NCBI GenBank assembly: GCA_964016885.1
Contig: OZ024740.1
Coordinates: 143,158,001-143,222,000 of the forward strand
Length of the DNA stretch: 64,000 nt
Reading direction: 5' to 3'
DNA from: Eledone cirrhosa
Taxonomy: Eukaryota
In this document: positions 35,560 to 48,835 of the stretch, piece by piece
How the letters are laid out: the number at the start of each line of letters is the position of its first letter
Position numbering within the stretch: position 1 is the stretch's first letter
Program-made: the position numbers and the translations under genes
The notes under the pieces: model-generated
The model's database searches: none
What the model saw: the letters and a program-made list of their open reading frames with translations, nothing else
Told to the model about the DNA's origin: nothing

Positions 35560-38495
35560 GGGGTAGAGAGGGCTCATGAGTCCAGTAAGACATCTTCTCT
35601 AATGCTGGTGGCACGAATAAAAGCACCCAGTCCATGCTGTAAAGTGGCACTGGTGTTAGGAAGGGCATCCAACCAGTATACCAATGCCAAAACAATTATG
35701 AGCACAGCAACAAATATATATCGCAATAACTGCGTAAACAGCAATAGCACTAACCATGTTAGGGCTGCGCACGGTAGTGGAGTGGCTGGTGCGGCCATGT
35801 GCGAGAACCCCCCGACCGTCTTCAAGCAATCACACTACAGGAAAAGGAACAAAAATATGAAGACGTCGCATCTCAGAGTTGCAACACTTAATGTTGGCAC
35901 TCTCATAGGTAGATCTGGTGAAATAGCGGAGATGCTGGAGAGCAGGCATGTGGATGTGTGCTGCATGCAAGAGGTGAGATGGAGAGGTGCCTTTGTGAGA
36001 CTAGTCGTAGGTAAACATCTTAGCTATAAGCTTTTCTGGGTAGGTAAGGATGATGGGTTAGGAGGAGTAGGCCTTTTCCTGGCTGAGAGATGGATCGATA
36101 AGACAATAGAGGTAGTTCAAGTTAATAATAGAATAATAAAGCTTAGATTAGTTGTAGGTAGGAGACTACTGACAATCATCTCGGTCTATGCTCCCCAAGC
36201 AGGCCTAGGTAAAGAAGAGAAAGACTGCTTTTATGAGCAACTTTTACAAACAGCCGCAATGACAGAGGACAGAGACATCGTTATGCTAGCAGGGGACTTC
36301 AATGGTCATGTTGGACAGCTCCAGGATGGTTACACTGGGGTACATGGTGGGCACGGTTATGGCTCAAGAAATGAGGAAGGAGTGAGACTTCTTGAATTTT
36401 GTGATGCAAGTACACTAACCATTTGCAACACTAACTTCCAGAAACCTGCCAACCACCTAATAACCTACAAATCAGGCATGCACATAAGCCAGATTGACTT
36501 CTTACTAATTAGGCAGCAGGACAGGCAGATGGTGTCAAATACCAAGGCATACCCTGGGGAAGAATGTACCCCACAGCATAGGTTAGTCGTTAGTGATATC
36601 TCAATAAGCAAGAGATGGAATGAGACATACAGGAAGGTGTGGAGAAGAAAGGTCTGGAAGCTAAAAGACCTTTCACTAAAATACAAATTTAGGAAAGCCC
36701 TTCAAGATGTGTATGATGAAAAAAAATGTTGTTTAAGAGTCGTATGACATAGATGATAACTGGAATTTCTTACGTGACAGCTTACTGCAGGCTACTGATG
36801 ACGCTTGTGGCTGGAGTAGAGCTCCAACCAGACAGAGAGTGACCTGGTGGTGGAACAGCACGGTAGATAGGGCCATTAAAGACAAAAGACTAGCATGAAA
36901 GGCTTGGAAAAAGGGTGGGAGTAGGGAAGGATATACAGTTGCTAAGAGAGAAGCTAGACGTCAGGTGTACTTAGCACGCAGGGAGGCTGAGAGTAGGAGG
37001 TTTGCCAATGTTCTGCGATGGGAAGATCAGAGGCGTGCGGTGTTCCACATTGCAAGGCAGTGTGTCAATGCAAATCAGGATGTTGTTTGAGATAAATGTG
37101 TCCAGAATGATGCCGGTGTACTTAGTGTCACGAATGATCAGAAAAAGGAGGCCTGGAAATGTCATTATGAGAGACTGATGAATGTGGAGAACGAATGGTA
37201 GAGAGAGAGAGAAATTACCCTCAGTAGATCCGACAGAGGGACCAGCTATTGAGATTGACGAATATAGGGTCCAAGAGGAGATTAAGGAAATGAAAAATAG
37301 TAAGGCCACTGGACCATCGGGGATAGTTGCTGGGATGCTGAAGGCATCAGGAGACGTAGTCACTAAACTGGTTGCACGCATCATCAATCAGGCTATATAA
37401 GACTGGTGCAGCAGTATTCTCATAAATTTCTACAAAGGTAAAGGGGATGCTCTGGAGAGGAGCAATTATAGGGGTATAAAACTGATGGATCAGGTTATGA
37501 AAGTGGCAGAAAGGATATTAACACAACTAATTAGAGAAAGGGTCAAACTAGATGAGATGCAATTACAAGAGAGGTTCTTAGAGAAGGATAAGCCACTATA
37601 CTTAACCTTTGTTGACCTAGAGAAGGCCTTTGATAGGGTACCCCGATCTGTCATCTGGTGGTCCCTAAGGAAACTAGGTGTTGAGGCTTGTGAGGCTTGT
37701 GAGGACAGTGCAAACTTTGTTAAGAGGTGCTGTCAGTAAAGTGAGGGTAGGAATGGAGTTTACTGAGGAATTCCAGATACAAGTAGGGGTGCATCAGGGT
37801 TTGGTCCTCAGCTCGCTCTTGTTCATTATAGTCCTCCAAGCCATAACAGAGGAGTTTAAGACTGGCTGTCCATGGGAACTTCTCTATGCTGACAATCTGG
37901 TTCTTATAGTAGAATTAGTAGAAGAGTTAGAGAATAAATTCTGGCTATGGAAACAGCAGTTGGAATCAAAAGGACTGAGAGTGAACCTAGCTAAGACAAA
38001 AGTGTTGATGAGTAGAAAAGAGGGCAAAACTGTGATTCCGTCAGGGAAATGGCCATGTTCGATTTGCAGAAAAGGAACTGGCATAAATTCTATAAAGTGC
38101 ACACAATGCAGATCTTGGGTACACAAGAGATGTAGTGGGATAGCAGGCAAACTAACAGGTAGGGAGAAATACGTATGCAGTAGATGTACAGTAGAAGTTG
38201 CATTGATAGACACATTTTTCAAATGCAGGTGGGTGCTATAGAAGTGGTGGATAGCTTCCGGTACCTAGGAGATCAGATTAGAATGGGAGGAGGGGGTGTT
38301 CTGAGGCCATAGTATCTAGAATAAGGATGGGTTGGAAGAAGTTTAGGGAGCTGCTTCCTCTGCTGACAAAGAAGGGTTTCTCCCTGCGTACGAAAGGCAG
38401 GTTATATGATGCCTGTGTGAGGAGCTCGATGCTGCATGGTAGTGAGACATGGGCAGCAACTGCACAGGATATACGACGGCTAGAGAGAAATGAGC
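35560..38495 (+). mobile_element. RTE-clade LINE, family B, with complete endonuclease, disrupted RT and no 3' end
   Basis: ATLNV, CMQEVRW, GGVG, SVYAP, GDFNGH, QIDF and QHRL in the 381-aa ORF. Frameshifts and deletions follow. Confidence 0.92.
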
Positions 38496-38639
38496 AGGAG
38501 GGAGTAAGCAAGTTTGACATGGATGAGGCGTATAGGATATTTAGTTGGTGAGGACAGAGTATTAAGACTGGGGAGGGGGATTGAGGAGGGGGTGAAGAGA
38601 AGATTGGTGCAGACGTGTGTCCTCCTCATATTTGTTTCA

Positions 38640-38950
38640 TTCTGTGTATATAGGATGGTGGGTCTTCTGCCGTACAGCATAACACCAGAGATTTTGATCC
38701 TGTATCATCTCCTTTATGTGGTTTAATTGAGCAAAATCAGCTTTTATCACTTCATCCCAAGTTTTCCTAGGTCTTCTTTTTCCATAATGTTCATTAACTT
38801 TGAGTACTCTGTGCCTTTTGAAATAGCTGTCATCCTCCATACACATCACATGTCCATGCCACAGCAATCTCCTCTCCTGCACGCTGCATCTGACTCCTTA
38901 TATGCTTAGTTTCTCACTCAGTTAACTGACACTCTGTCGTTCATGCACAC
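38640..38950 (-). mobile_element. RTE C-terminal fragment
   Basis: ERRLLWHGHVMCM...RPRKTWDEVI. Confidence 0.75.
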
Positions 38951-39045
38951 TATTTTTTTGTGGCAATAAAACTACTATCTAACAGGATGGACTGGGTACT
39001 TTTGTTGTTGTAGGTGGAACTGGATCAGTATGGCACCAGATCAGC

Positions 39046-39080
<35 letters not shown>

Positions 39081-39083
39081 TAT

Positions 39084-39210
39084 ATATGAAAAGATTCAGG
39101 ACCCCGATGGCTCAGTGCCAGCCGTTTCGACAGCTAGATCCAAACTCTCTTCGAATCTAGCTGTCGGAACGGCCAGAGCTCAGCCGTTGGGGTCCTGAAT
39201 CTTTTCATAT
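39084..39210. repeat. 127-bp imperfect palindrome, MITE-like
   Basis: atatgaaaagattcaggacccc / ggggtcctgaatcttttcatat termini and gccgtttcgacagctagat / atctagctgtcggaacggc inner arms. Confidence 0.85.
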
Positions 39211-39504
39211 TACCCACTCTACTACCCCAAATATCGAGTACTCTGGTGGGTTTTAGTCTACCTGGTTTTTACCACACCCTACCTGATATATATATATATA
39301 TATAGTCAAGGGTTGTGGAAAAGTGTTTATTAATAATTATTGGTAATCCTGACACGTGTTTCAATACATTAGGTAATATCATATCCAATATGAAATCTGG
39401 ATTATTAGACAATCGATTACTTCATACTGCCAGGGAATATCGTAACTGCATCTCTTCAGAGAAAATATAAGAATAATTAGTTGAGGAAAATAAATATATA
39501 TGAT

Positions 39505-39800
39505 AAAAGAGTACCCAGTCCACCCTTTAAGGTTTTTATGCAAGTGACATGACAAATAACCACCCAGTCCCCTTTGTACGATGGTCATGTTAGTGATACA
39601 ACAAAAAGCACCCAGCCAATCTTGTAAAGTGGTCATGTTGGTGACATGACAAAAAGTACCTGGTCCACCCTGTAAGGTTGTGCTTGTGACATGATGAAAA
39701 AGTACCTAGTCTAACCTGTTAGTCGGTCATTTTAATGCTATGATAAAAAGAACCCAGTCCATGCTGTAAATTTGGTTGCTGTTAGAAAGGCATCCACAGC
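39505..39800 (+). repeat. Degenerate array of about 6 copies of the 47-bp unit
   Basis: Recurrent aaaag(c/t)acccagtcca..ctgtaaag..gtcatg, ending in gttagaaaggcatcc. Confidence 0.7.
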
Positions 39801-40614
39801 ATGCTCAGGGAGCCTTTTATGGTAGCACTCGTGTTATTTCATTATAATAGGAGTGTGTCTTCTCACAATAGAAGATAGGAAGGGTGAGTAAGCACCTGGT
39901 TGTTGAGGTGGCCATGAAGAGAATGAGTGATGTCTGGCTGTATATTGTGGGATGTGTCTGGGTTTTCATGCTGGCATGGGTTTGACAAGGTAGAAGAATC
40001 ATGGATGAGTGAAAGGGAGTAGCACAATGTAGGGGTGCATTATCTTTCCATGCTGGCATGTGTTGGATGAATGAGGGGGATGACAGATGTGAATAGCACT
40101 TTTCCTCTTCCACATGTTCTATAGACTGAGTGTCCTTCAATTCTTTATGCAGTTGTCATCCATATGCATCAAGTGTCCATAGCGGAAGTCTTCTCTATTG
40201 TACACTGTATCTAATCCCTCTTATGCATAGATTTTCTTTTAGTTTGCTATCACTTCACAGTTCAAGCACACTATCATGGTTGCTTAATTTCTTAAAAATC
40301 TTCACAGATCCTTTACATTCTAGGTACATGTCTCAGTTCCATGTAACACTGCATGGTATAGGTATAGTTAATAACAAATGTGTTAATTGTGAAGTGAGTA
40401 TTTATTTATTAAATGTCTAATCGCTTACTATCTTTCTAAGTCTCCTGCCTAGTTGTATATAATTTGTTACAAGATGTTAAATATTGTTGTTTCCATAACA
40501 ATATCATTTAGAGTATGCATTAATGTTTTTTCACTCCTAATTTTATTGAGCTGTTATGGTACAAAAGACCAAAATGATTGTATTTCGGTCTAAATTTATG
40601 TTTTATATATATAT

Positions 40615-41035
40615 ATTTTGAAAGAATTTTTTAAGTTTTAAGAATTCTTTAAATTTTGAAGAAAATTTTTTTTAATTTCCCACCACAAAGGGACCTGCGA
40701 CAGACATGTTGAAACCCCCCCCCCCCCCCACCTCCACACATGTGTGTATTGTTATATATATACACACACACCACAAAATAAGAGAAAATTACTCATTCCA
40801 GAAGTTCCTGTCTGAGAGCCACTACTGATACCCTGCGGTGGTTTTTTTTTTTATTTTGAAAGAATTTTTCAAGTTTTAAGAATTTTTTAGATTTTGAAGA
40901 AAAATTTTTTTAATTTCCCACCACAAAGGAGCTTGTGACAGACAGACTGAAAAAAAACATACATACACACACACATACAACTCCCCCCCCCCCCCCACAC
41001 ACACACCCGTGTGTATATTGTTATATATACACCTT
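40615..41035 (+). repeat. Diverged direct duplication (about 160-180 bp, copies start 238 bp apart)
   Basis: attttgaaagaatttt..aatttcccaccacaaagg..gacagac..poly-C..tattgttatatatac occurs at 40615 and 40853. Confidence 0.8.
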
Positions 41036-41638
41036 TACACTATACACACACTCCCTAAAACCATATTCCAATAATAGAATTTCTTTTACAATCCTACTGC
41101 TGCCATAGAATTTGTCTCTAGCTTACAATCCCCCCCCCCATTTGAACTCTTGACCAGTCAATTAACACAATTAGATATACACACACATATTTACAGAATA
41201 TTTCCTTTGCCCCCAAAAAACAATTTTGTTCTGTGAAGAAACACAACTACCAACACAACTGCTACTATCATGCCTATACACCTGTGTATACACAAAAATT
41301 AATCCTCCAGTCCACTTCTGAGCAAGGAAGATGGGAAAAAAAACCTACTCCAACACTCAATTTAGTTTTTAATTCCTATTAATTCTTTTTAATTGTAATA
41401 CTCAACATTTGATAAGATGAAATTTAATAATACATCGAAACCGGTAATATTTTATATACTTTATATACATTATAAAACTTTTTTTTGTCCTTCTCATTTT
41501 TTCAATAATGTCATCTTTTCAATAATGTCACTTTGAGGAATCAAAGAAAGGAAAAAAAAGGAAAACAGACCCTAAAATATATTTTCTGTGCTATTTCCAG
41601 CTTCACCTTTTCTCTCTCTTTCTCTGTCTCTCTCTTTC

Positions 41639-41687
<49 letters not shown>

Positions 41688-41839
41688 ATCTATATATATA
41701 TATATATATACACATATGCTACTGATGCCTTGAGAAAACTAGAAAACAACACCAAATTTCAGCACTAAGCATATACAAAATTCGAAATAACAGAAGTAAG
41801 CTTTATTCCATCATTTTGTTTTTATATTTTATGTTTTTA

Positions 41840-41954
41840 TGTTCAAATCTCGCCAAGGTTAACTTTGCCTTTCATCCTTACGGGGTCGATAAAATAAAGT
41901 ACCAGTAATGCACTGGGATAATTGCTGGCCTTGTGCCAAAAGTAGAAACAATTA
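41840..41954 (+). mobile_element. SINE family A, 5'-truncated
   Basis: Runs from the B-box through the tail and matches the other copies. Further fragments at 49730-49810, 57923-57990 and 58613-58710. Confidence 0.75.
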
Positions 41955-41985
41955 TGTTTTTCTGTTTTTTTCTGTCCAAATTCTA

Positions 41986-42044
41986 GCTGTCTGATGAGGT
42001 CATAGCTGTTGCATAATAGTTATCACTGAAATATATATAACAGC
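41986..42044 (+). ncRNA. Minimal hammerhead ribozyme motif with intact core
   Basis: gcugu-CUGAUGA-ggucauagcu..aguuaucacu-GAAA-U-AUAU-A-UA-acagc. Confidence 0.75.
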
Positions 42045-42299
42045 GACTATGAATAAACAAAGTTAATTCTAACCTGTTGACTTACACTTATTTTATATGT
42101 ATATATGAATGTATATGAATTGAGTTTTGAGGTATTTTTTGAAGGCATTGTGACAATACAATCATTTTAAATGATTAGAAACCCAGATGCGCATAAGGAA
42201 TTAAAACAGTGTTTTATTCAAAATTTTCAGTCTTAAAAGACATCCATCAGTGAAAAAAAAGACCTTATAGTGATAAGGTCTTTTTTTTTTCATGCTAAG

Positions 42300-42640
42300 A
42301 ACTTTTTAGTGTTGGTTAATGAAACATGGGCCTTCACTGCAGAAGACTTGTGGAGACTAGAAAGAAATGAGTTGAGTATGCTCCGATGGATATGTGTGCA
42401 TGAGCAGCATAGCATAAGCAAACTGAGAGAAAAACTTGGCATAAGAGCAACTGGTTGTAGTATGCAAGAGAGAACGCTGCATTGGTATGGACATGTGGTG
42501 TGCATTGAAGATAACAGCTGCATAAAGAAATGCTGAGAAACCCCAGTGGAAAAGGTAGATCCAGGAAGATATGGGATGAGTTTGTGAAGGCTGACCTTAA
42601 GAAACTAAATCTCACAACAGAAATGATTAAAGAGTGTTAG
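42300..42640 (+). mobile_element. RTE C-terminal fragment
   Basis: ETWAFTAEDLWRLERNELSMLRWIC...WYGHV. Confidence 0.75.
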
Positions 42641-43029
42641 GGCTGGGGATTTTGCCTGCCCTTCCCCCCTCCACCACAGCTCACCAACAGCTATACCTGA
42701 CACCATTATAACCCTCACTGCATACACCCCATGCTCCCTCCCAATACATGCGTCTAGCAGCTGTCCCCTTGTGAAGTGATTGGTGATGGGAAGAGCCTCC
42801 AGCAGTGGAAGGCCTGCCAGACAAAGGGTCAGGTGGACCCTTCAGTCATGCCAAGGCATGACAGCTACCCTAGTGTAAGTGATCTACATGATAATCACAC
42901 TCAGTACATGCTGTAAAGTGGTTGGTGATAGGAAGGGCATTGAACCATAAAAAGCTTACCAAACAAAAGGTTGGGAAGACCTCAGTTGTGTCAAAGACAT
43001 GACAACCCCCCCTGTGCATGACTGTACAT

Positions 43030-43800
43030 AAGTGAGACAACAGATCCCTGGCCTGTGTGAGAGATCAGTAGACACCATTTTAGTATTGACTATGTAGACC
43101 CATCCAACCTGTAGGCTACATATTTACAGTTTCTCTTGAACCATACATTGTCAGTTCTATCTTGTGGTGCAAGAAAATTGTTAGTGTCACTGTTACATTA
43201 TGGATGAGTTCTATACTATTTGTGAAACAAAGATCTAGGACATTTTCATCCCTTGTTGGGTGAAATTTTACTTGTACTATGAACAGCATTTTTGTAAGGT
43301 TAAGCAGTGATATTCCTGAGAGAAATTGGCCTTTGGGCCATTTCACACTGGAGAGGTTAAAGTTTCCCCCAGAAGACATATGTTTATGCTTTAATATAGT
43401 TAGGTCAGCACTTCTATTTTTTTTAGGCCATCTTCATGATTTGGGATATCTGGTGGATGATATATGGGGAATATTACCCTTTTTAATTTGCTTTATGTGT
43501 ATTACTGCTGTCTCACAAACTGAGTTGGAATATGGCAGCATGAGTAGAGTCAAGCATCCTCACAGTTACACATTGCAACTCCATCATGAATTCTTTCTCT
43601 CCTAGTATGAAAGTACCTAATATGAAAGTATGTTACTTTGGTATGTGTTTTCTGCATCTGCTAGTTAGTTGATAGGTGCGCTTCTGTAAGTGCTATGCAT
43701 GTTACTCAATTGTATGTAGCAGGGCTTCTCAGATAAGTGATTTTACATATGTTGTTGATTTTTACAAGGCCTCTGGATTTCAGAAGTAGCACTGATGTGG
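43030..43800 (-). mobile_element. Decayed CR1/L2-like LINE endonuclease region
   Basis: GNFNLSSVKW...HPTRDENVLDLCFTN. Confidence 0.6.
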
Positions 43801-44512
43801 ATTTTGAGTGGCATTTGGGGAAGGGGTAATGGTGCCCACCCTAGATCTATTTCTTGCAATGATTTTAAATGCTGGTGTGCATTATTTTGGTTTTATGTCT
43901 GATGCAACAAGGCCAACTGTCTTATAATCTTCTGTGCCATACTTTAAAATTATTGTTGCTCACCTTTTGCAGTCTATACTGCATTTACATATTGTGTCTT
44001 CCTTATATGCAAAATCAGTTATCAGGTTGTTACCTTGGCCAACATTGAAATAGAGAGGGGAAATGGCAGGGAATATATATGTCATCATCATCATTTCATT
44101 TTACCTCCACTTTTCCATGCTTGCAAGGGTGGGACGGGAACTGATTTATATATATATATATATATACAGAGAGAGAGAGAGAGAGGGGGGGGGGATTATT
44201 ATTTTACACCTAATATAATTTGATTCCTCGAAATCAAATACAACCCCTTTAATAGGAATTTTGTACTTTATCTACACAGACATTGTGAAGGTACATGACC
44301 TAGTGATTATGGTTTTACTCTTAGACCAGAAGGCACATTTTGTTCTTGAGCAAGATGCTTCATTTCACCTTACTTTTCATGATAGGAAATCAGTAAAACA
44401 CCTGAGAAACCTCCTATGAGATGCAACCTCATAGGCTGGCAGCTAAACCTGCATAGGTGTAAGCTGCAATTTCTTTTCATTTTACTTTATCCACACCTCC
44501 ATTATACTCTTT

Positions 44513-44513
44513 A

Positions 44514-44566
<53 letters not shown>
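44513..44566. repeat. (GAT)n microsatellite
   Basis: Read directly from the sequence. Confidence 0.95.
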
Positions 44567-44888
44567 ATCTTAAAAGAAAACATGCTGTTTATTGTAGAAT
44601 TGAGTAATGGGGGTATGGTGGGGGGGGGGGGTAAATCAAATCAATTCAAGCAACAAAATGTTTACAAAAGAAATTCTTTTATTTATTTACTGGTTTCAGT
44701 CATTAGGCCACAGCCATGCTGAGGCATCATCTTAAAAGGATTTTGTTGGTCAAATCAACCCCAGTATTTATCTTTTCAAGTCTGGTACTTATTTTATCAA
44801 TCTCTTTATGTCAAACTGTTAAATTACAGGGCATAAACTCACACACACACACACACACATGCACACATGCACACACATGCACACACAT

Positions 44889-44945
<57 letters not shown>

Positions 44946-46741
44946 CAATGATATTAAATAAATGGTAACTATATTTATAAAACCATATTTATTTTATTAT
45001 ATATATTTCAAGGGTACCAAGACACATTGGTATGCTTTCCTCAGATAAAATACAAAGTTTGTTTTATAGAGACATACCCATGAAAATCTAAGAAATTAAA
45101 TACCCCTTCTACTTATATATATATATATATATAACAGCTTTCTGCAGTTTCCATCTACCAAATTTCACTCATGTGTCTATAGTAGAAAACACAGGAGGAG
45201 TGAACCCAAAACCCAGTAGCTGAGAAGTGAACTTCTCAACAATATACCTATAAATGACTAAAACCTAAAGCCAATGTAATAGCTAATGGAGAAGTAAAAA
45301 TATATTGCACAAATCTGATAATCCTAATGAACAGTAATCAAAATATATCTTACATGATAAATACTTTCATGTGATGCATGCTCCACATACAGTTATAAGA
45401 AGTTATCTTTTGCCAGATATAGCCTATATAGCCTTTTTTGAGTGACACTTGAATGGTCTGAAATTGTTATTTTATTAAATTTGTAATCTTGTATTAAAAT
45501 AAAAGCCTCAATTTATGACTCAGACATTGAAACAATTTCAGATAAGATTAAATGCCAGAGTAAGAAAAAGGTTATCTCATGTTTGCTTAAGCTTTCCTCA
45601 AACAATCATAACTACAAATATATATAACGTCTTAAGCACAACCTATTAAAGACTGATCCTTATGATATTCTTACTAGCTACCTCTTATCGTAAAAATGAT
45701 AAGGCAAAGATTACATAGCACTTTAATAAAGACTAATTTGTTACAACAAACTTAGTATTATTTTCTATGATAATAGTGACTTAATATTTGGCAATATGAT
45801 AAATAACAAGAATTGTAATGTTGTATAGAAGATAACACAAAATTAGCTAAAGATTTAAAATTATATTATAGCATGGAAGAAATTTATTTGTAGTTGACTG
45901 TAAACATAACAGCAAGTGCCAATTCTCGATAATAGAAACAAAAGAGCCACCAGTTATTATTAGGATTAGTGCAATTGGTCACCTTAACCCTTTAGCATTT
46001 AAACCAGCTGTATCCAGCTATAACTCTCTCACCTCTTTCTGTTCAAACTGGCTGTAACTGGCCACTCATACTGCTGTTAAGTTATTGTTCTCAAAATAAA
46101 TAATATCAAAATCTCATAGATCCAATATTATGTGAGATAATTATGTAAGATAAAACCTTTACCATGAAAATATAATAGGACATATAGAGAAATGTAAATG
46201 CTAAATGGTTAAATGTTTGATAAATTTGTTCCAAGCTGTTATTTATTGTTTTTAGTAAAAGAAAAGAAATTTAAATCAGGAAACCTCACATTTTAAACTA
46301 TTGACCCTTTCATGTAATCATTGACCCCCTCCCCACCAAACATATACCAAAATAAATAAACAAGTAAATCAGTAAACAGAATACAAAATAAATAAACAAT
46401 AAACACTAATTGGGTATAAGTCAGAAACCTATAGAAGCAAATTGTATTTTATTGTATTTTCATTTCTTATTCAGGTTTTAGTCCAAAAGTTCAATCTACC
46501 ACTCTGGATAGTCCCATTGACTCCCAGGGGGTCAACATAGACCACTTTGGGGACACCCTGCACTAGATGTACATTACAAATTATTGATGATTCATTAAAT
46601 AAATTAAATAATGACAGTAGTAATTACAAACCAACAGAAACAACAACATTGAAAATATGAAAAAAACTAAAATAAATAATTTTGGATTGTTTTCTGAAAA
46701 AAATGAAACATGAATGATGAAATAATTATCGCATTACTCAC

Positions 46742-46820
46742 CACTAAGATGGAGAATTGCAGCTTGAGTAAATAGTAAGAAAAGATGAATCTTCATGCTG
46801 TAGTTATGTTGTAGAAGAAC
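46742..46820 (-). CDS. 79-nt coding exon (VLLQHNYSMKIHLFLLFTQAAILHLS+G), signal-peptide-like
   Basis: Acceptor ttttgcag|G at 46821/46820 and donor G|gtgagt at 46742/46741. The phase-1 end supplies the G that completes GGT with the GT starting the 8107 exon. ATG at 46796 has A at -3. Confidence 0.82.
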
Positions 46821-47983
46821 CTGCAAAACTTTGTAGTATTGGTGGTGGGAGAAATACTAGCACCAGCAATTAATGGTAAGGAGACAGTATTGTTAACCAA
46901 TGACAATAGTATAGTTCTTACTTTTGAAATAAGTTGTAAGTACATCCTTCCATGATTTTGGTAGTTGTGTGCGAAGTCAGGGAGTTAAACATTTGATGGA
47001 TTGACATGGGAAAAGTTAGAAAGACAGATGATATATAGAGTAGAATACAAAGTGAACAATAAAAAGATTTAGAAACAGATTGGTAGATCAAAAGAGAGAA
47101 AGTGTGATGAAATAAATGGAGATATAGTTGTAAATATTTATCCTTAAAATGAAACAAAATTTGAAGAATGTAGATTTTCGACTGTCAGTTGATTTTCTTG
47201 TTAAGAACTTTTAGCAGGTAATATTAAGGTATGATGTTGAACAATGAATTATAAATCACTACTTTCTGGTATGGTAATATCGTTCAAATATTTTGAGAAT
47301 TCATTTATGTCCAAAATATTACTCAGAGGGGACTTTAAGAATAGAATTTCAGTTTTTGTTTTGTTTTGTTTTTGTTTTTTTTAAAATTATTATTACTGGA
47401 CAAAATCTTTACTGCAAATGAAAATTGTATAGCACCTAAAATCAATATAAAAGAGTTTCAACGAATGATTTTAGTTAGAAGGCTGAATTGAACAAGTATC
47501 ACAGAACAGCACTCATGTTGAATTGACACGTTTCTGTTATTTTTCTGCCACAAAGTAAAAAGACGTCTTTTCCTTGTGTCAAATTCTCGGTGTACTTTAA
47601 AAACAAAAGTCAGGGCGTTTTAAATTATAGAAAACATTTTTTTAAAATAATAGTTTTCATTTTATTATTCTTAAAATAATAAAATCATGTGTCCATGTAA
47701 TAAAACAATTTATAAGTCTTTTCTTTTTTTGTTATAAAAAATCATCAAAGTTGAACCTCCATTTCAGTAAAATCACATTTTCCTTGCGGGGAGGATTCTT
47801 TTCAACAAATTTAAATTTAAAAATGAAAAATCATTCAGATCTCATCAGTTCATGTATGCTTCTTAGTCTCCTCTAATGAAAAATGTAAAATGTCAAATGC
47901 AAACACATTTCCGCAGTGTTCTCCGGCTTGCAAAAGACCACTGTCTAATGCCTGTTAATTTATACATAATTTATTCAACTTAC

Positions 47984-48058
47984 AAGCATTGCTATCAATA
48001 CCAATAAAGGAACCAGATTGGCAGACATGCGGAATGCTGAGGTGGACCATTTCTGCAT
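47984..48058 (-). CDS. Putative first coding exon (MQKWSTSAFRMSANLVPLLVLIAML)
   Basis: ATG in aaaATG context, 25 codons, donor CTT|gtaagt in phase 0. It joins in frame to the 46820 exon and forms a continuous hydrophobic run LVPLLVLIAMLVLL. Confidence 0.65.
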
Positions 48059-48250
48059 TTTATTTTTTTCTTTGCCTTCTTTCTTTACTTATATTGTTAT
48101 TATTTTCTTTTTACCAGTTGCTTGTCATTTTCGACCCCTAGCCACTATACATACTCTGTTTTTAATTGTCGACTTGACATGGACAATATCCTGTGCCCTG
48201 TTCTTGCTAATCACGCACTGACTGCAACATGCACACGCGGTTCAATAAAA
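48059..48250 (-). promoter_or_regulatory. Candidate 5' UTR and core promoter of the large gene
   Basis: Unique sequence between the ATG and a long TA tract. Initiator-like TCAGT at 48221-48217 and three short upstream ORFs. No canonical TATA box seen. Confidence 0.3.
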
Positions 48251-48287
48251 TGTAAACTTTGACAAAAATATAGTGGGACATAGAAAA

Positions 48288-48835
<548 letters not shown>

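Noticed and set aside
35602-36747. 381-aa ORF as a host nuclease gene
   Set aside because: It is the endonuclease of an RTE copy and continues by frameshift into RT sequence.
42205-42260. Additional hammerhead on the minus strand
   Set aside because: The core reads CUGAUGG and stem III and the cleavage triplet are not convincing.
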